Shown piece by piece: positions 1 to 60,526 of a stretch of 60,526 bases of DNA. The position numbers were made by a program, and so were the translations under genes. The notes beneath the pieces were generated by a model. It searched no databases. It was given only the letters and a program-made list of their open reading frames with translations, and was not told where the DNA came from. The DNA comes from Ginglymostoma cirratum (Eukaryota): NCBI GenBank assembly GCA_024137785.1, contig JAHRHZ010000089.1:10328777-10389302 (forward strand), given 5' to 3'. Every line of letters begins with the position of its first letter. The first letter of the stretch is position 1.

Positions 1-74
1 GACCATCTTCACTTGACTTTCACTGGCCTTATCATTACTGAATTCCCAAACTGTCACTATCCTGGTAAAGTTAG

Positions 75-430
75 CAGCTGATCTGATTAAGGTTTTCAAA
101 GTCATGAATGTAACTGGATAGAATAGTAAGGGAGAAACTGTAGAGGAACAAGAATGAGAGGATGTCGATTTAATGTGATGTGTAGAAGAAGCAAGGGTGA
201 TGTGAAGCAAAAGTTTTTTTGCAGCAAGTAATTGTGGTCTGGAATGTAGTGCCTAGAAATGTGGTGGAGGCAGGTTCAGTTGAAGCATTGGATAGTTATT
301 TTGATAGTAATAATATGCAAAGGTATGGAAAAACAGCTGGAACTGTGCACGAGGCAATGATGTCCAATTAATCTGGTGCAGGCATAATGGATCAAATGGT
401 CTCATCCTGTACTATTGTGATTCTGTGATC
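75..430 (+). mobile_element. Degenerate CR1-type LINE 3' end
   Basis: Typical CR1 3' text (gatctgatt..ttttcaaa..ctggaat..gtggtggaggcagg..atggatcaaatggtct..ctgtga ttctgtga). Confidence 0.6.
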
Positions 431-539
431 ATCGACTAGGAGCTGAACTGTGTCAGCCATTTAAATATGTTGGTTATATAAGCAAGTTGGAGGCTGGGAG
501 CCTGTTGGCGAGTAATTTTACAAAGCCTTTCTTAATATC

Positions 540-1010
540 TACAGGGCACAAGTGAATGGTTTGATGGAGTGTACTCTGCTTGCCTGGATAAGTTCAAATT
601 CAATGATACTTAAGCTTACTATGCCCCAGGACAAAGCAGCCTCTTCAGTGGAACCTCATTCGACGCTCTAGAAGCTCCACTAACATCACGCTGGCACCAG
701 TATGTGTCATCTACAAGATGCACTGCAACAATGTCCAAATCTGCGATGTTAACCATTTAAAGGGATGTGGGTTGTAGGTGTGTGGGAACACCAACACCAA
801 CACCACCACCTGAAAATTCCCCTCCAAGACCATCTCACTTGGAAATGTATGGCTGTTCATTCACTGCTACTGGGTCAAATTCCTGTCACTCCCTCCCCAC
901 GACAGCATTGTGAGTCTACCTACAGCACATGGACTGCAGCTCACCACCTTCTTCTCAAAGGGCAATAACTGCTGGCCTGACCAGTGATGTACACTTCCTA
1001 TGAGCAAATT
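540..1010 (+). mobile_element. LINE 3' fragment ending in the tail shared with shark SINEs
   Basis: ctcttgcctggat..catctacaagatgcactgca..gcagctcaccaccttctcaaagggcaat; a related copy lies in reverse at 47380-47780. Confidence 0.6.
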
Positions 1011-2825
1011 AAGACAAAAGCATCTTAAATTATGAGGCTATTCCAATCTACATTTGAACAGTAATGTTTTTGTTATGATTGCAGTGTAACACCTGTTCTG
1101 TTGTAAGCTTCAGCCATGTGGTTATAACATTAACAAGCAATGGGAATCAAGATTGTCGGAAAGCCTTAGCAGGATGACCAGTGCAAAAGCAGATTTGGAG
1201 ACTACCTGTTTTGCTGTCAATATTCGAGACAACTACTGATCTCAACTGTTCATGTCCACCACCCCCTTCATTTCCATTTTGATTCACTGGGCAAAGAAGA
1301 GGCATTACCCTGTTCAGTTAGCTACTGCCAGGCATTGCAAATGACTCATCGCCAGGGACAGTTCCTTGGAGTGCCAAACATTTTGCCTCATGGCATACAC
1401 GATGTGCTCAAGGCATTGTGCTTTCTGCATCTCTAAATTAGTAAAAAAAAATGAGGTGTACCCTGTTCAATGTCCAAAAGCATCCCTTTGAGTCATTGTG
1501 GCTGTGATAGGGTGAATAGCTAGATAATGAAAGTGGGTTGACAGTACAGGAATGATGTCAGGAAACAAAACTAAAGGTACCAGTACTGATTGGCAAGAAA
1601 ATGTGATATTATGTTGTGATCACAAACCAACTTGAGCCGAGGCTTGGGTATGACATATCAGGGATGAATGTCACTTGGTACTTACTACTTAGTCACAGCT
1701 CACTTACAGCCTTTCACGTTTCCCAAAATTTCTTGTTAAACCCCAGTCTCAAAACTTATTAAAACCAGTACTGCTTTCGGTTATTACGTGCCTAGCATGT
1801 AATTTTGGAAGCTTTTAATCCCAGAACATAAGAAAAGATGACTAATGTTAATAATTGTTGTTACGTGTCTGTTGCATAAGCTGGCATTTTAAGGGAATGA
1901 TTTTGCCGCCCTCTGCTTCCATCATGCTTATTTCTTTTTTCCCCATAACTGGTCAGCATCAGGTCTTAGTTTTCAAAATCATTTCCTGTTTTAGCATCCC
2001 GCTTCAACACAAAAGGACCACTCAATCGGAAGCAAGATGGCAAAACGTGGGCTAAGATACGATAATGTAGACACAAGGTACAATACTGGACCTGAAACCT
2101 TTTGATTGTTACAATTTTATTAAGGGATTTGTTACCCAACAAAATTGGATACGGTGTACTATTAGTTGATACCAGAGAGTTACATCAACATTATTTAATT
2201 CTGTTTTCTGCAAAAGACTTTCGTTCCTCTGCATAATTCAATTTTGAGGAATGGTGGACTTATTTAGACTCATTCATAAACATTTTGTAATATGTTCTGG
2301 ATTCAATTCAGTCACTCTGCAGATCTCGGACTGAAACCCCGCAGGATAGGTTGGAATGATGGTATTACATCCCTCCCAATACAGATTTCAAATGAAGAGT
2401 AAACTTGGGTGGGTGCAAAACCAACATTGCACCTGTTTTCATTTTTCCCCTGATTGCAGCTGGCACAGCAGTTGGTCCTATACTTTGTGTTAGTGGGCTG
2501 GAATAAGGAGGGGACAAAATGAGTCAGGATTCCGACTCTGGCTCACAAACTTGTGTAGCGTCGATTGAGGATGCAATCTACCTGACTATATTCCTTATTT
2601 GACATAGTGATAATGACCTCTTAGGCTTGATGGGGAGAGGTGGCTGCCATCATTCATTGAGATAAGGAAAATTGGGGAGGAAAAAAAAAGTTATTTTGAA
2701 ATAAAGGGCCTGTGTCACCCTCGGACTCTGTCCTACTGACAAGCCCCGAATGCAAGCCACTGAATAACTTTATGGATCAAAAAACAGCTGAAACCATGGT
2801 GGGTACTTTTTTTTTTAAGTTAAGT

Positions 2826-2970
2826 TTTATTTGTGTTGTTTCACTTTCTGTAATGAAATATCCCAGACTAGATAAACATTCAACAAAGATACATCATAGG
2901 ATGGATTTAATACAAATAAAAAAAATTCAAAACAAATGTGTTTTTTATAGAAAAGCTTTCTATCTTTATT
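2826..2970 (-). terminator. Candidate polyadenylation signals (AATAAA at 2965-2970 and 2826-2831)
   Basis: TTTATT on the + strand; each is followed on the minus strand by U- or GU-rich downstream sequence. Confidence 0.6.
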
Positions 2971-3691
2971 GCTGCAGAGGAGGGGTAGTGGGTTGAGAAA
3001 AAAAAAGTACAAAGTGACAGAATCTTTTCACAAGGAACAAGTTCATTAGTGTTGTGATGGGAATGTTCTAGTCTACCATGCTTAAAACCAGTATTGCAAA
3101 ATTATTTAAAAATATTTGAACTATTTTACATATACAAAATAGTACATATCCTTGGTTTGACTTGCCCCCCCCAAAAAAGTCTACCTCTTTTCTTCCCCCT
3201 CTAGTAACAAGAATAAAGGTTGCATGAAAGCAAGAGATGCATGGAATTAGGGAGAAAAATAGGTCATAGGAGAAAAAAATAGGATTAATTTTTATCCACA
3301 TGCCTAACTTTGGAAAACATAAGGGAAAAAAATTCTGTGAATGGTTTTCACCAGGTTTGTTTGGAGATCAGACCACACATCATCCACGTAGAATTTTTTT
3401 GCTGCAATACTGATTTTGTTCTTTATAAAAATGACTGGATGTTAAGTTGGTGTTACAGTTCTGTAACAACACAAATGGCAGCTTCAGAATTGTTTTTAGT
3501 CAGCACCATCAAATCTTGACTGGATCCCTCTTGTTCACTAAACTGCCACAGAAGGAGAAACCAGAAGCCAAAAAAAAAAGGAGCACCTTTCTGTTCTAAA
3601 CTGAATTGGAAATAAGAATGATCATCAGGACTTATTTTTTCTAGCTTCTGTCCCTGCTACTGTGTGTTTAGTCCCCTTAAGATCATTAGTG

Positions 3692-3699
3692 TGAGGTAG
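3692..3699 (-). promoter_or_regulatory. let-7 8-mer seed site (CTACCTCA)
   Basis: + strand tgaggtag within the putative 3'UTR. Confidence 0.45.
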
Positions 3700-3898
3700 C
3701 TTAAACTGGGGAAGTTCTAGATTGGTTGTTCCAAACTTCCTTGATAGAAAAAGAGGGCAGGCAAAGTTAGATACTGGAGCAGTTAGAGTCTCTCAAAGTC
3801 TGCAAAAAAAAATCCACAAAAAAAAAGCCCAGATCAACTTGTACTTTCCACATTTTTTATATCAATTGTTCTCCATGTTACAGACTGGTTTTACAACA

Positions 3899-3906
3899 TA
3901 GCACCA
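3899..3906 (-). promoter_or_regulatory. miR-29 8-mer seed site (TGGTGCTA)
   Basis: + strand tagcacca; a second 7-mer at 3502-3508; miR-29 targeting of collagen mRNAs is established. Confidence 0.7.
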
Positions 3907-4160
3907 TTTTTTTTATATTTTACACAGTCTCCTGCTAGTAACCTTTTTTACAGACTGGTACGGCATGAATTTTAGTAAGACCTGCGCTGGTACAATCCAG
4001 GGGAGGGCCTTCAACAGATATCAGTAACACTTCCACCTGACTTGACGATCTTACAGGAAAACAATAAATAAATTAACCGTTTTCACAGTCTGTCCAGCTA
4101 GGCCATGAAGTCCAAAATGTAAGCGTGTGGATGAATGGAGTGATGGATTGGATCAGCCAT

Positions 4161-4168
4161 TCAGTGCA
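4161..4168 (-). promoter_or_regulatory. miR-148/152 8-mer seed site (TGCACTGA)
   Basis: + strand tcagtgca, about 45 nt after the stop codon. Confidence 0.45.
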
Positions 4169-4211
4169 GAAGTCCTAGAAGTGATTGGAAAGTACTGAGG
4201 TCCTTATTATT

Positions 4212-52942
<48,731 letters not shown>

Positions 52943-53059
52943 CTGTGTGGAATGAGAAAGGAAACAGGCATTAGGACAGTGTTAATGAGTTTAAGAGTGT
53001 TAATGTCCCAAACCAATATGCCCAACAGCATAGCAACATCCTAAGTGACACAAAACCAG

Positions 53060-53660
53060 TAATGTGGATGAAGGCTGTCTAATGGTACGGGTATGAACTG
53101 TACTTGGCGAAAAAGGAAGGGGCATGACCCATGGCATGGCTACAAGCCAAGGTATAGGCAATGTCCATTGATACTGTGAAGAGCTGTGACTATTTCTATG
53201 ATTACAACAAGTCTTGCCCAGTTAGAAGGACAAGGTTATGGCCAGTGGCATTGGAAAGGACATGCCCAGTGAATAGGATATGGGGCACCACCAGTGATTG
53301 GGTGCAAGTCATGTCGATTGATCTGGCCAAAGACCTTTAATGATGCATTTATGACCCTACCTAGTGATACTAGCACAGGTTATGACTAGGGGCAATGGAC
53401 ATGACCATAACCAGAGGTATTGCAATATTCAGTGATGTTGGTATGGCTATGCCCAGTTGTATTGGTATCCAGTGTTTCCAGTGATTTGGACATGTCTGGG
53501 TCCAGTGGCATTGGTATGAGGTTCATCCAGGTATTTGGGTGCGCCTGCCTACTAGTTTTGGGCTAGTAGTATTTGTATGGAATATGCATAACGAGTTAGG
53601 TATAGTTATACCAAGTGCTCGTACAGTGTACCTCTATGGATATAGTTCTGCCCATTTGTT
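53060..53660. repeat. Degenerate ~21-bp minisatellite (GCCCAGTGGCATTGG..GGCAT-like)
   Basis: Recurrent atgcccagtg and ccagtggcattgg motifs. Confidence 0.6.
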
Positions 53661-53910
53661 AACAGGATGTGAGTGTAACTGGCAAGGTCAGTTTTAATGC
53701 CCATCTCTAATTTTCCTGGAGAAGGTGGTGCCTGTTGAATTCAATGGCATTGTCAATGCATGTCCCTGGAACATTTCTTTCACAATTCAATTACCCTTTA
53801 GCCAAAAGCTCTGATTGAATGTCCTTATTATTCCAACTTTGATATCTGAATAAATTGCCTGGACTAATTTTAGCAATTTGTTTCGATAATCTTGAAAACT
53901 TAACTTAGGT

Positions 53911-55457
53911 CATCCCAATGTCTGCTCTTTTCATAGAATTATAGAATAGCTACAACAAGGAAGGAAGCCATGCCTGCTATGTTTGTGCCAGCTCTCTGCA
54001 AGAGCAACCCAGCAGCTCCACTCTGACATTTCCCTGCAGACTTACAACTGTTCTCTTCAACTGTTTATCTGAATCTCTTTTAAGAAGAACATCCTGACCA
54101 GTCCCTTTGTAAGAAAAGTTTCACTTCATGTAATTTCTGCTTCTTTTGCCACTTATTTTAGACTGGTGTCCTCTGGGTCTTGGCCCTCTCATCAATGGGA
54201 ACAGCTTCTCTCTCTCTCTCTCTCTCTCTGTCTCCCTACTTTGGCCAGACTCCTGATCATTTTGAATATCTCTGACAAATCTCTTCTCAATCTTCTCAGA
54301 ACTCAATTCCAAAGAGGCGTCATATTGGACTCAAAACGTTAACTGCTTATCTTTACACAGATGCTGCCAGATTTGTTGAGTTTCTCCAGCACTCTCTGTC
54401 TTTATTTCAGATCTCCAGTGTCCATAATATTTCGCTCGTGATACTCTTCCCAAATTTCCCTTCTGTAAGGAGAGCAGCCCCAACATCTCCGATTGACCCT
54501 CATAAATGAAGCTTCTTATCCTTGAAACTGTTCTCAAGAATCTTTTCTGCACCCTCTTTAAAGCTTTTGCTTCCTTCTAAAGTGTAATGCCTAGAACTGA
54601 ACATGATAAACCAGTTCAGGACAAACCAGTGTTTACAATGCATTTGTCGTAACTTCCTTGTTTTTGCACGCTGTTTCTCAATTTGTAAAGCCCCTTCTAC
54701 CAACCTGTCTCTGTCACAAATTTGTGCCCCGTATTATTATAGATCAAGAAAAGCAAGGGTCCAAAATACTGACCCTTCAGGAATTCTCTGTGTACTTAAT
54801 TTGGAAAAAACCCTATTTCCTCCTGCTCTAAATTTCACGCCACTCAGATGCTTTGGATTGTGCTGCCACTGTTCTGTTTATTCCATGGATTCTAGCTTTG
54901 CTTATCAAATCCCTTTTGGAAGTCCACAGAGACTGCATTACCTTCATCGACCCTCTCTATTACCTCATCGAAAAAGTCACTCAAGTTTGGTTAACATGAT
55001 TTTTTTAACAAATCGATGAATCCACACACATTAATTTTGCCCTGGACTGTTATTTCGAAGAGCTTTCCCACCTCTGAGGTTAAACTTTTGGGATTCCTGT
55101 TGCTGGGTTTATCTTTCTACCTTTCCTATTGAACAAGGGTATAACATTTGCAATTCTCCAGCCCTCTGGCACTACCCCAAGTCTGAGTTGGACTGGAAGG
55201 TTATGTCCAGTGTCTCAGCAATTTCCACCCTTACTCCCCTCACTATCCTTGGATACATCCCATTCAGCCCTGGTGATTTATTAACATTCAGAGATTCAGA
55301 TAAACAGTTGAAGAGAACAGTTGTAAGTCTGCAGGGAAATGTCAGAGTGGAGCTGCTGGGTTGCTCTTGCAGAGAGCTGGCACAAACATAGCAGGCATGG
55401 CTTCCTTCCTTGTTGTAGCTATTCTATAATTCTATGAAAAGAGCAGATATTGGGATG
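53911..55457. repeat. 168-bp near-perfect inverted repeat (53911-54078 vs 55290-55457)
   Basis: Direct reverse-complement match; one mismatch seen. Confidence 0.9.
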
Positions 55458-55990
55458 TTAATAAGTTCAGTCGGCTTTCCTAATAGCTCCTGTTTATCAA
55501 CTTTTTAACCATCCTGTGTCTGCAAAGTTCTCATTTAGTACATTAGCTCTGACTTCTATCTCCATATGTAGATGTTAATTGACTCCATCCCCTCCTTTAC
55601 TAGCCCTTTTACTATTTATATGCCTATTAAAAACTTTTAGATTTCCTTTTACATTGGCCGTCAGTCTCTTTACATACTCTATCTTTGCCTCTCATTTCTC
55701 TTCCCATTGAACTTTCTACTGATTTGCACTTTTGTTGCCAAATTGCCATGTGTCATTGGCATCTTTTTTCTACTTCATTATACCCTCTACTATGTTTGTC
55801 ATCCAGGCATTTCTGGCTCTTGTTGCCCCACCTTTCCCACTTGTGGAAATGCACCATGACTGCACCTGATCTATCTTGTCTTTAGAGGCAGGCCAATGTT
55901 CAGTTACAATTTTGCCTGCCAGCCTTTTGGTTCCATTTTACCTGAGACAGATCTGAAATTGGCTATCGTCCAGCTAATTACCTGTCCCCC
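53930..55990 (-). mobile_element. Old CR1-type LINE with nested insertions
   Basis: CR1 3' tail (catagaattatagaat) at 53932; minus ORFs QKRFLRTV..GLLSLQK and FPLMRGPRPRGH; RT remnants out to ~55990. Confidence 0.7.
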
Positions 55991-57959
55991 ATAAATCCCA
56001 ATTTCCTTAGCCTTTCCTCCCTCACAAGGTAAATTCCCGATACTCAAAATTATCTTTATGATGGCCTTTGCACCTTTTCAGGGTCAATGCTGTCTACTGT
56101 GTGAGCATATGATATGATTCTATGTGCTAGGAATGACCCACAGTGATCCAGATGGGGTATAGCTTGCAACTTACAAAGCAGAGAGATACATTAGCCAAGC
56201 TTCAAGGAAAAAAACACAAACACTTTCATCAAGTCTGAACAAAGCAGCAATTCAAGACATTTCTGGCTCTCTTATTAGTTATATTTAAGCAGGAATATTG
56301 AACCAAATATATTCTTGGATCGAATTTGCTCTTGGGCAGCACGAGAATATTGAATTTAAATGAAGAATGTTCAGATACAGTCTGATTTATTGGGCCAACT
56401 CTCGTCTTTAATCTGCGCTGCGTTTCTGGATCACTTACTATGAAGCAGCTCCATACAAAAAGGAACTTTCCAACTTAACTTCTGAATTCAGATCAAGGGT
56501 CACAGCTGATTGCGTTGGAAGTGTACCACTGAGCCATAGGCAAAAGATGAATCTGAGTTTCTTCCAAAAGTATGCAAAACAGTTTTAGGGAAAGCTATTC
56601 AGGTTATGTTGAAGGACAACTGACTCAAAGGTCATCAGTTCAAATTCCACTTCGGCAAACTGTGGAATTAAAAATATCTTGGATATTCAGTGGGCTGGCA
56701 TCAGAAAACAATGACCGCAAAGCTGCTAGATTGTCACCACAATCCAATTGATTCACTAATCTCCTTCAGGGAATGGAACCTGCCTGGACTGGCCTACTTG
56801 GGACTCCAGTTCCCCACCAAAATTAACTTTGAATGCCCTCAGAGCAACTAGGGGCCAGGCAATAAATACAGCATAAGCCAGATTCTCAAGACCAGAAGTT
56901 TAAAATAGAAGTGTTTGCATTTATACAACGGCCTATCACACCATCAGAAGCACTGTTGAAGTATAGTGCCAGTCTGTCCTAGCAATGCCTTACAAAAAAT
57001 TAACAGTGAGATGAACAAGCAGGTAAACTAATTTTATCATTATTATTACTTGAAGGAGGAACATTGGCTAACAATCAAAATGTGATGAATCATTTAATGG
57101 GGTTGGAAGACGCAAGATGTTATCTATCAAGACAGAAAAATCTACTAATATGATCGTAAACTTTGAACCCATTTATTAAGTGACTGCTGAAATAAATAGC
57201 AGTGCTGGGCCTGACTTGTAAGCAATGTTATATTTGGGACTTTTGGATCGCCAGAAAGTGATACCTGAACGTGCTCATTGTGGTAAAATTGGCAAAGTTA
57301 GCCTGACAGTACCACTGAAATGAGAAATGGGACCAATTTTAATAATTACATTGAAACAATGGCTCTTAAAGATATTTAAATTCAGGCTCATTTTATGCCA
57401 TAGCATTTTTCTTTTCTGCTCAGTTTTTATCTGTGGGTTTGGTGCGCCTCCTCTATTTTTCAATTTCCCCTCACTTGTCTGTTTTTGTCTCTTGTCTGAT
57501 AACTTCTTTTAATAACACATAAATTCCTATCCGTCCCAACCTCACCAAGCATGTTATTCAGAGACATGTGACACAATGCACTGAGGCAGCTTTTTAACTA
57601 TGCTACAATGTAAGGTGGGGGAGCGGGGGTGGGGAAGAAAGAGAAAGGAAGATCAGGTTCCCTTTTCAGTTTTATTCTTTATGTCTGGGGGAGCTAGCTG
57701 CTTCCATTTTCTGGCCTTGGTTTCACATTGTCCAGCTTGCCATAACACTATTTGACCTTCTGGAAAGCTGTCAGTCTCTCTGAAGAATACACTAAGAATA
57801 AGGAGCTTTAAGCCAAAATTAAGACACTTTTTATTCTTCCTTACATAAAAAAGTTAACTATCCAATCAAATCGTCTGTTCGTTATCAGTATACCACTTTA
57901 ATCTGACTTGGGCCTCAAAAATCAGAACCAATGTTTTTTTTTAACAGAAGAGCTTTATT

Positions 57960-58190
57960 TTGAATTTTGCACAAGTTTCAAGTTTGCAACCTTGGAGTCA
58001 TATCTGACCTTGCTATGAGTTTCCAACCATATATTTGCACAACCACTAAGACCCAGCTACCTCCCGAATATCTCCCGACTTTGTCCCTGTCTCAGCTAAT
58101 CCAACACTGAAACTCTCATTTTTATCCTTGTTCCTTCTCGACACAACTATTTCAACACACTCCAGGCTGTTCTCCCACATTGTACCATTC
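57960..58190 (+). mobile_element. L2-type LINE fragment
   Basis: ctgaaactctcatt..ttctcgacacaactatttcaacacactcc resembles the L2 ORF2 motif ETLIHAFV.SRLDY.N.LL. Confidence 0.5.
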
Positions 58191-58214
58191 ATTTAACCAA
58201 ATATCTCTTAGGTA

Positions 58215-58446
58215 TAAGAGATAAAAGGTACTGCAGATGCATCCCCGCCTCTTCGACTTGTCTGCCTCCTCTCCACCTATCCTCTCCTCTATCCATCCTC
58301 TATCCGCCTCCCCCTCTCTCCCTATTTATTTCAGAACCCTCTTCCCCCTCCCCCATTTCTGATGAAGGGTTTAGGCCCGAAACGTCAAGTTTTCCTGCTC
58401 CTATGATGCTGCTTGGCCTGCTGTGTTCATCTAGCCCCATGCTTGT
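58215..58446 (+). mobile_element. Hammerhead-bearing Penelope-like element with inverted terminal piece; 13-bp TSD
   Basis: Starts with the inverted end (aagagataaaaggtactgcagatgc); C/T-rich segment; CTGATGA 58359-58365, GGGT-TTAG-GCCC, GAAAC-GTC 58379-58386; TATCTCTTAGGTA at 58202-58214 and 58447-58459. Confidence 0.8.
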
Positions 58447-58709
58447 TATCTCTTAGGTAACTTGGTATCATATTCTGTTTGTTTTATATCCTCCCTGTCA
58501 AGTACTTTAGAACATTTGATTACTTTAAAGATGCAACATAAATAGAAGTTGTTATTTTAAGCTTTGGGCATAAGGTGCATTTCTATTCAGATCGAATGAC
58601 ATTTTAAATAATTTCTGTTTCATTTAAGACATCAGAAGATGTCTTTTTAATTAAAGAGACAAGGCTGAAATAAAAATGACAAGGACAGGGATTATGCTTN
58701 NNNNNNNNN

Positions 58710-60260
58710 ACCAGTTAGCTTAGCCTCACATTGCATCTCCCCCCAACCCCAATTGCATTTTTAGTTATCCTCTGCTGGTTTTTAAAGGCTTCCCAATCCT
58801 CTGGCTTCCCACAAATCTTCACCACATCGTATGCTTTATCTTGTGCTTTTATGCTGTCCCTGACTTCCCTTGTCAGCCATGGCTGCTTGATCGTCCCTTT
58901 AGTATGTTTCTTCTTCCTTGGGATGACTTTCTGCTGTGCCTCCCGAATTACCCCCAGAAACTCCTGCCATTGCTGCTCCATCGTCTTCCCTGCTCAGCTC
59001 CCCTTCCAATCAACTCTGGCCAGCTCCTCCCTCACACCTTTACTCAACTGTAATATAGTTACATCTGATTCCAGCTTCTCAAACTGCACAGTGAATTCTA
59101 TCATATTATGGTCACTATCCCCGAGGGATTCCTTTACCTTAAACTCATCAAGTCTGCCTCATTACACATCACCAAATCCAGAATCACCTGTTCCCTAGAG
59201 GGCTCCACCACAAGCTGCTCCAAAATACCATCTTGTATTCCACAAATTCCTTTTCTTGGGACCCACTCACAATCTGATTTTCTTGTTTCCGTCATAGTTT
59301 ATTCGATGTGTAATTAGGTATCTTTCCATGCTCATCGACCTTGTAATATTTTAGGAGAGTGAGCTTGGCCTTCTCATCTCTTATGCTTTTTTTTCTCTGG
59401 TGTGGTGTAAGACTTCTGTCTCTCCTTGGCACCACAACGAAGTCTCAATACAAGGTGCAAAGTAGATTCCTTTTGGATGTTACAATCAGAGAGTGTACAG
59501 CAGTCCTCCAACTGTTTTCCAGCAAAAAAAACACAATCACTGCTGATCAGGGGGAATACTTTCCTGGCCCTGAATTTTATTCTTTACACTTTCACTAGTA
59601 TCAGAGGGTTCAATGTCGAGGGTTATCATTTTCCCCATGAGAAGTTTCACAAAGATCTGCATTTACAAACTCAATCCACTAACTCCTACATCCTAATTTT
59701 CCCCAGTCCACCTGCATATTGAAGTTCCTCATGATCATTGTAATAATGCCTTTCTTACATCAATTTTCTCCCTCCTGATTTATTTTCTTCCCCACATCCT
59801 GACTACTGCTAGGAGGCCTGTACACAACTTCCATTAGGGTCCTTCTCTCCTTTGTGGCTCCACAACTCTACCCACACAGATTGTATGTCTTCCAACTCTA
59901 CATTGCTTCTTGCTATCAATTTAATTTCATTTCTTACTAACAAGGTAACCTCTGACCATCTACCTGTCCTTTCGATAGGATTTGTATCTTCGGATATTCA
60001 GTTCCCAGCCCTGATCGTCTTGCAGCCACATCTCTGTGATACCCACAACATCACACTGGCCAATTTCAATCTGTGCTACAAGCTCATTTACCTTGTTTCG
60101 CAGTTGAATACAACACTCTCAGTCCTGTGTTGACCACCCACCTTCTCATAGTTGTCCCCTTATCTGCTGTGCCTGAAGTTTAATTGTTGACCCTTTCCGT
60201 ACTCTCTGTTCACTTACTTTTTCTAAAAACTTTAATAACCCCGCCTGAGCCCTCCACCTT
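58710..60260 (-). mobile_element. CR1-type LINE ORF2 (endonuclease-RT linker and upstream parts), fragmented
   Basis: ORF 58715-58981 EQQWQEFLGVIREAQQKVIPRKKK..QPWLTREVRDSIKAQDKAY..PEDWEAFKNQQRITK. Confidence 0.85.
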
Positions 60261-60526
60261 GTGACCTCAACTGATCTCAATTTGCACCATCAGTTCGCCT
60301 ATCTTATTCCGAGTGCCTTTGTGTGTTAAGATACAAAGACGTGAAGTTTGTTCTATTAACAAGTTTCCCTACACTTTCATGATTACTCGGGACAATATGA
60401 GATTCACACATACTGTCCCTTCCTTTTCTTTCCTGGTAACAACCAACCCCATCACTAACCTGCAAAACCATCTACTCCTTTACCTTTAATTTTCCAACTT
60501 TCCATGCAGCCAAAACTACACCCCTC

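Larger units (their letters stand above)
2800..4211 (-). other. col2a1: col2a1 3'UTR (distal end approximate)
   Basis: Repeat-free, U-rich (minus strand) sequence after the stop codon, ending at two AATAAA signals. Confidence 0.65.

Noticed and set aside
52943-60526. Further collagen exons (exon 18 and upstream)
   Set aside because: No Gly-X-Y segment with splice sites was seen; the region is repeat-filled intron

Overview
Vertebrate genomic DNA, most likely from a shark (inferred from HE1-like SINEs, DeuSINE-like and CR1-type repeats). The window holds the 3' two-thirds of the fibrillar collagen gene col2a1 on the minus strand: 36 GT-AG exons whose sizes match human COL2A1 exons 19-54 one for one, plus a ~1.3-1.4 kb 3'UTR with microRNA seed sites. 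The introns are expanded by repeats. The most notable intronic items are: (i) several short non-autonomous retroelements carrying minimal hammerhead-ribozyme motifs (CUGAUGA...GAAAC-GUC; Penelope/retrozyme-like), some with clean 13-16 bp target-site duplications and almost all antisense to the collagen pre-mRNA; (ii) a fossil two-gene Harbinger transposon (HARBI1-like transposase plus a convergent Myb/SANT gene) in intron 43; (iii) a ~3 kb diverged 29-bp tandem array and several other minisatellites; and (iv) a near-perfect 168-bp local inverted duplication. Family assignments come from motif recognition by eye, not database searches.
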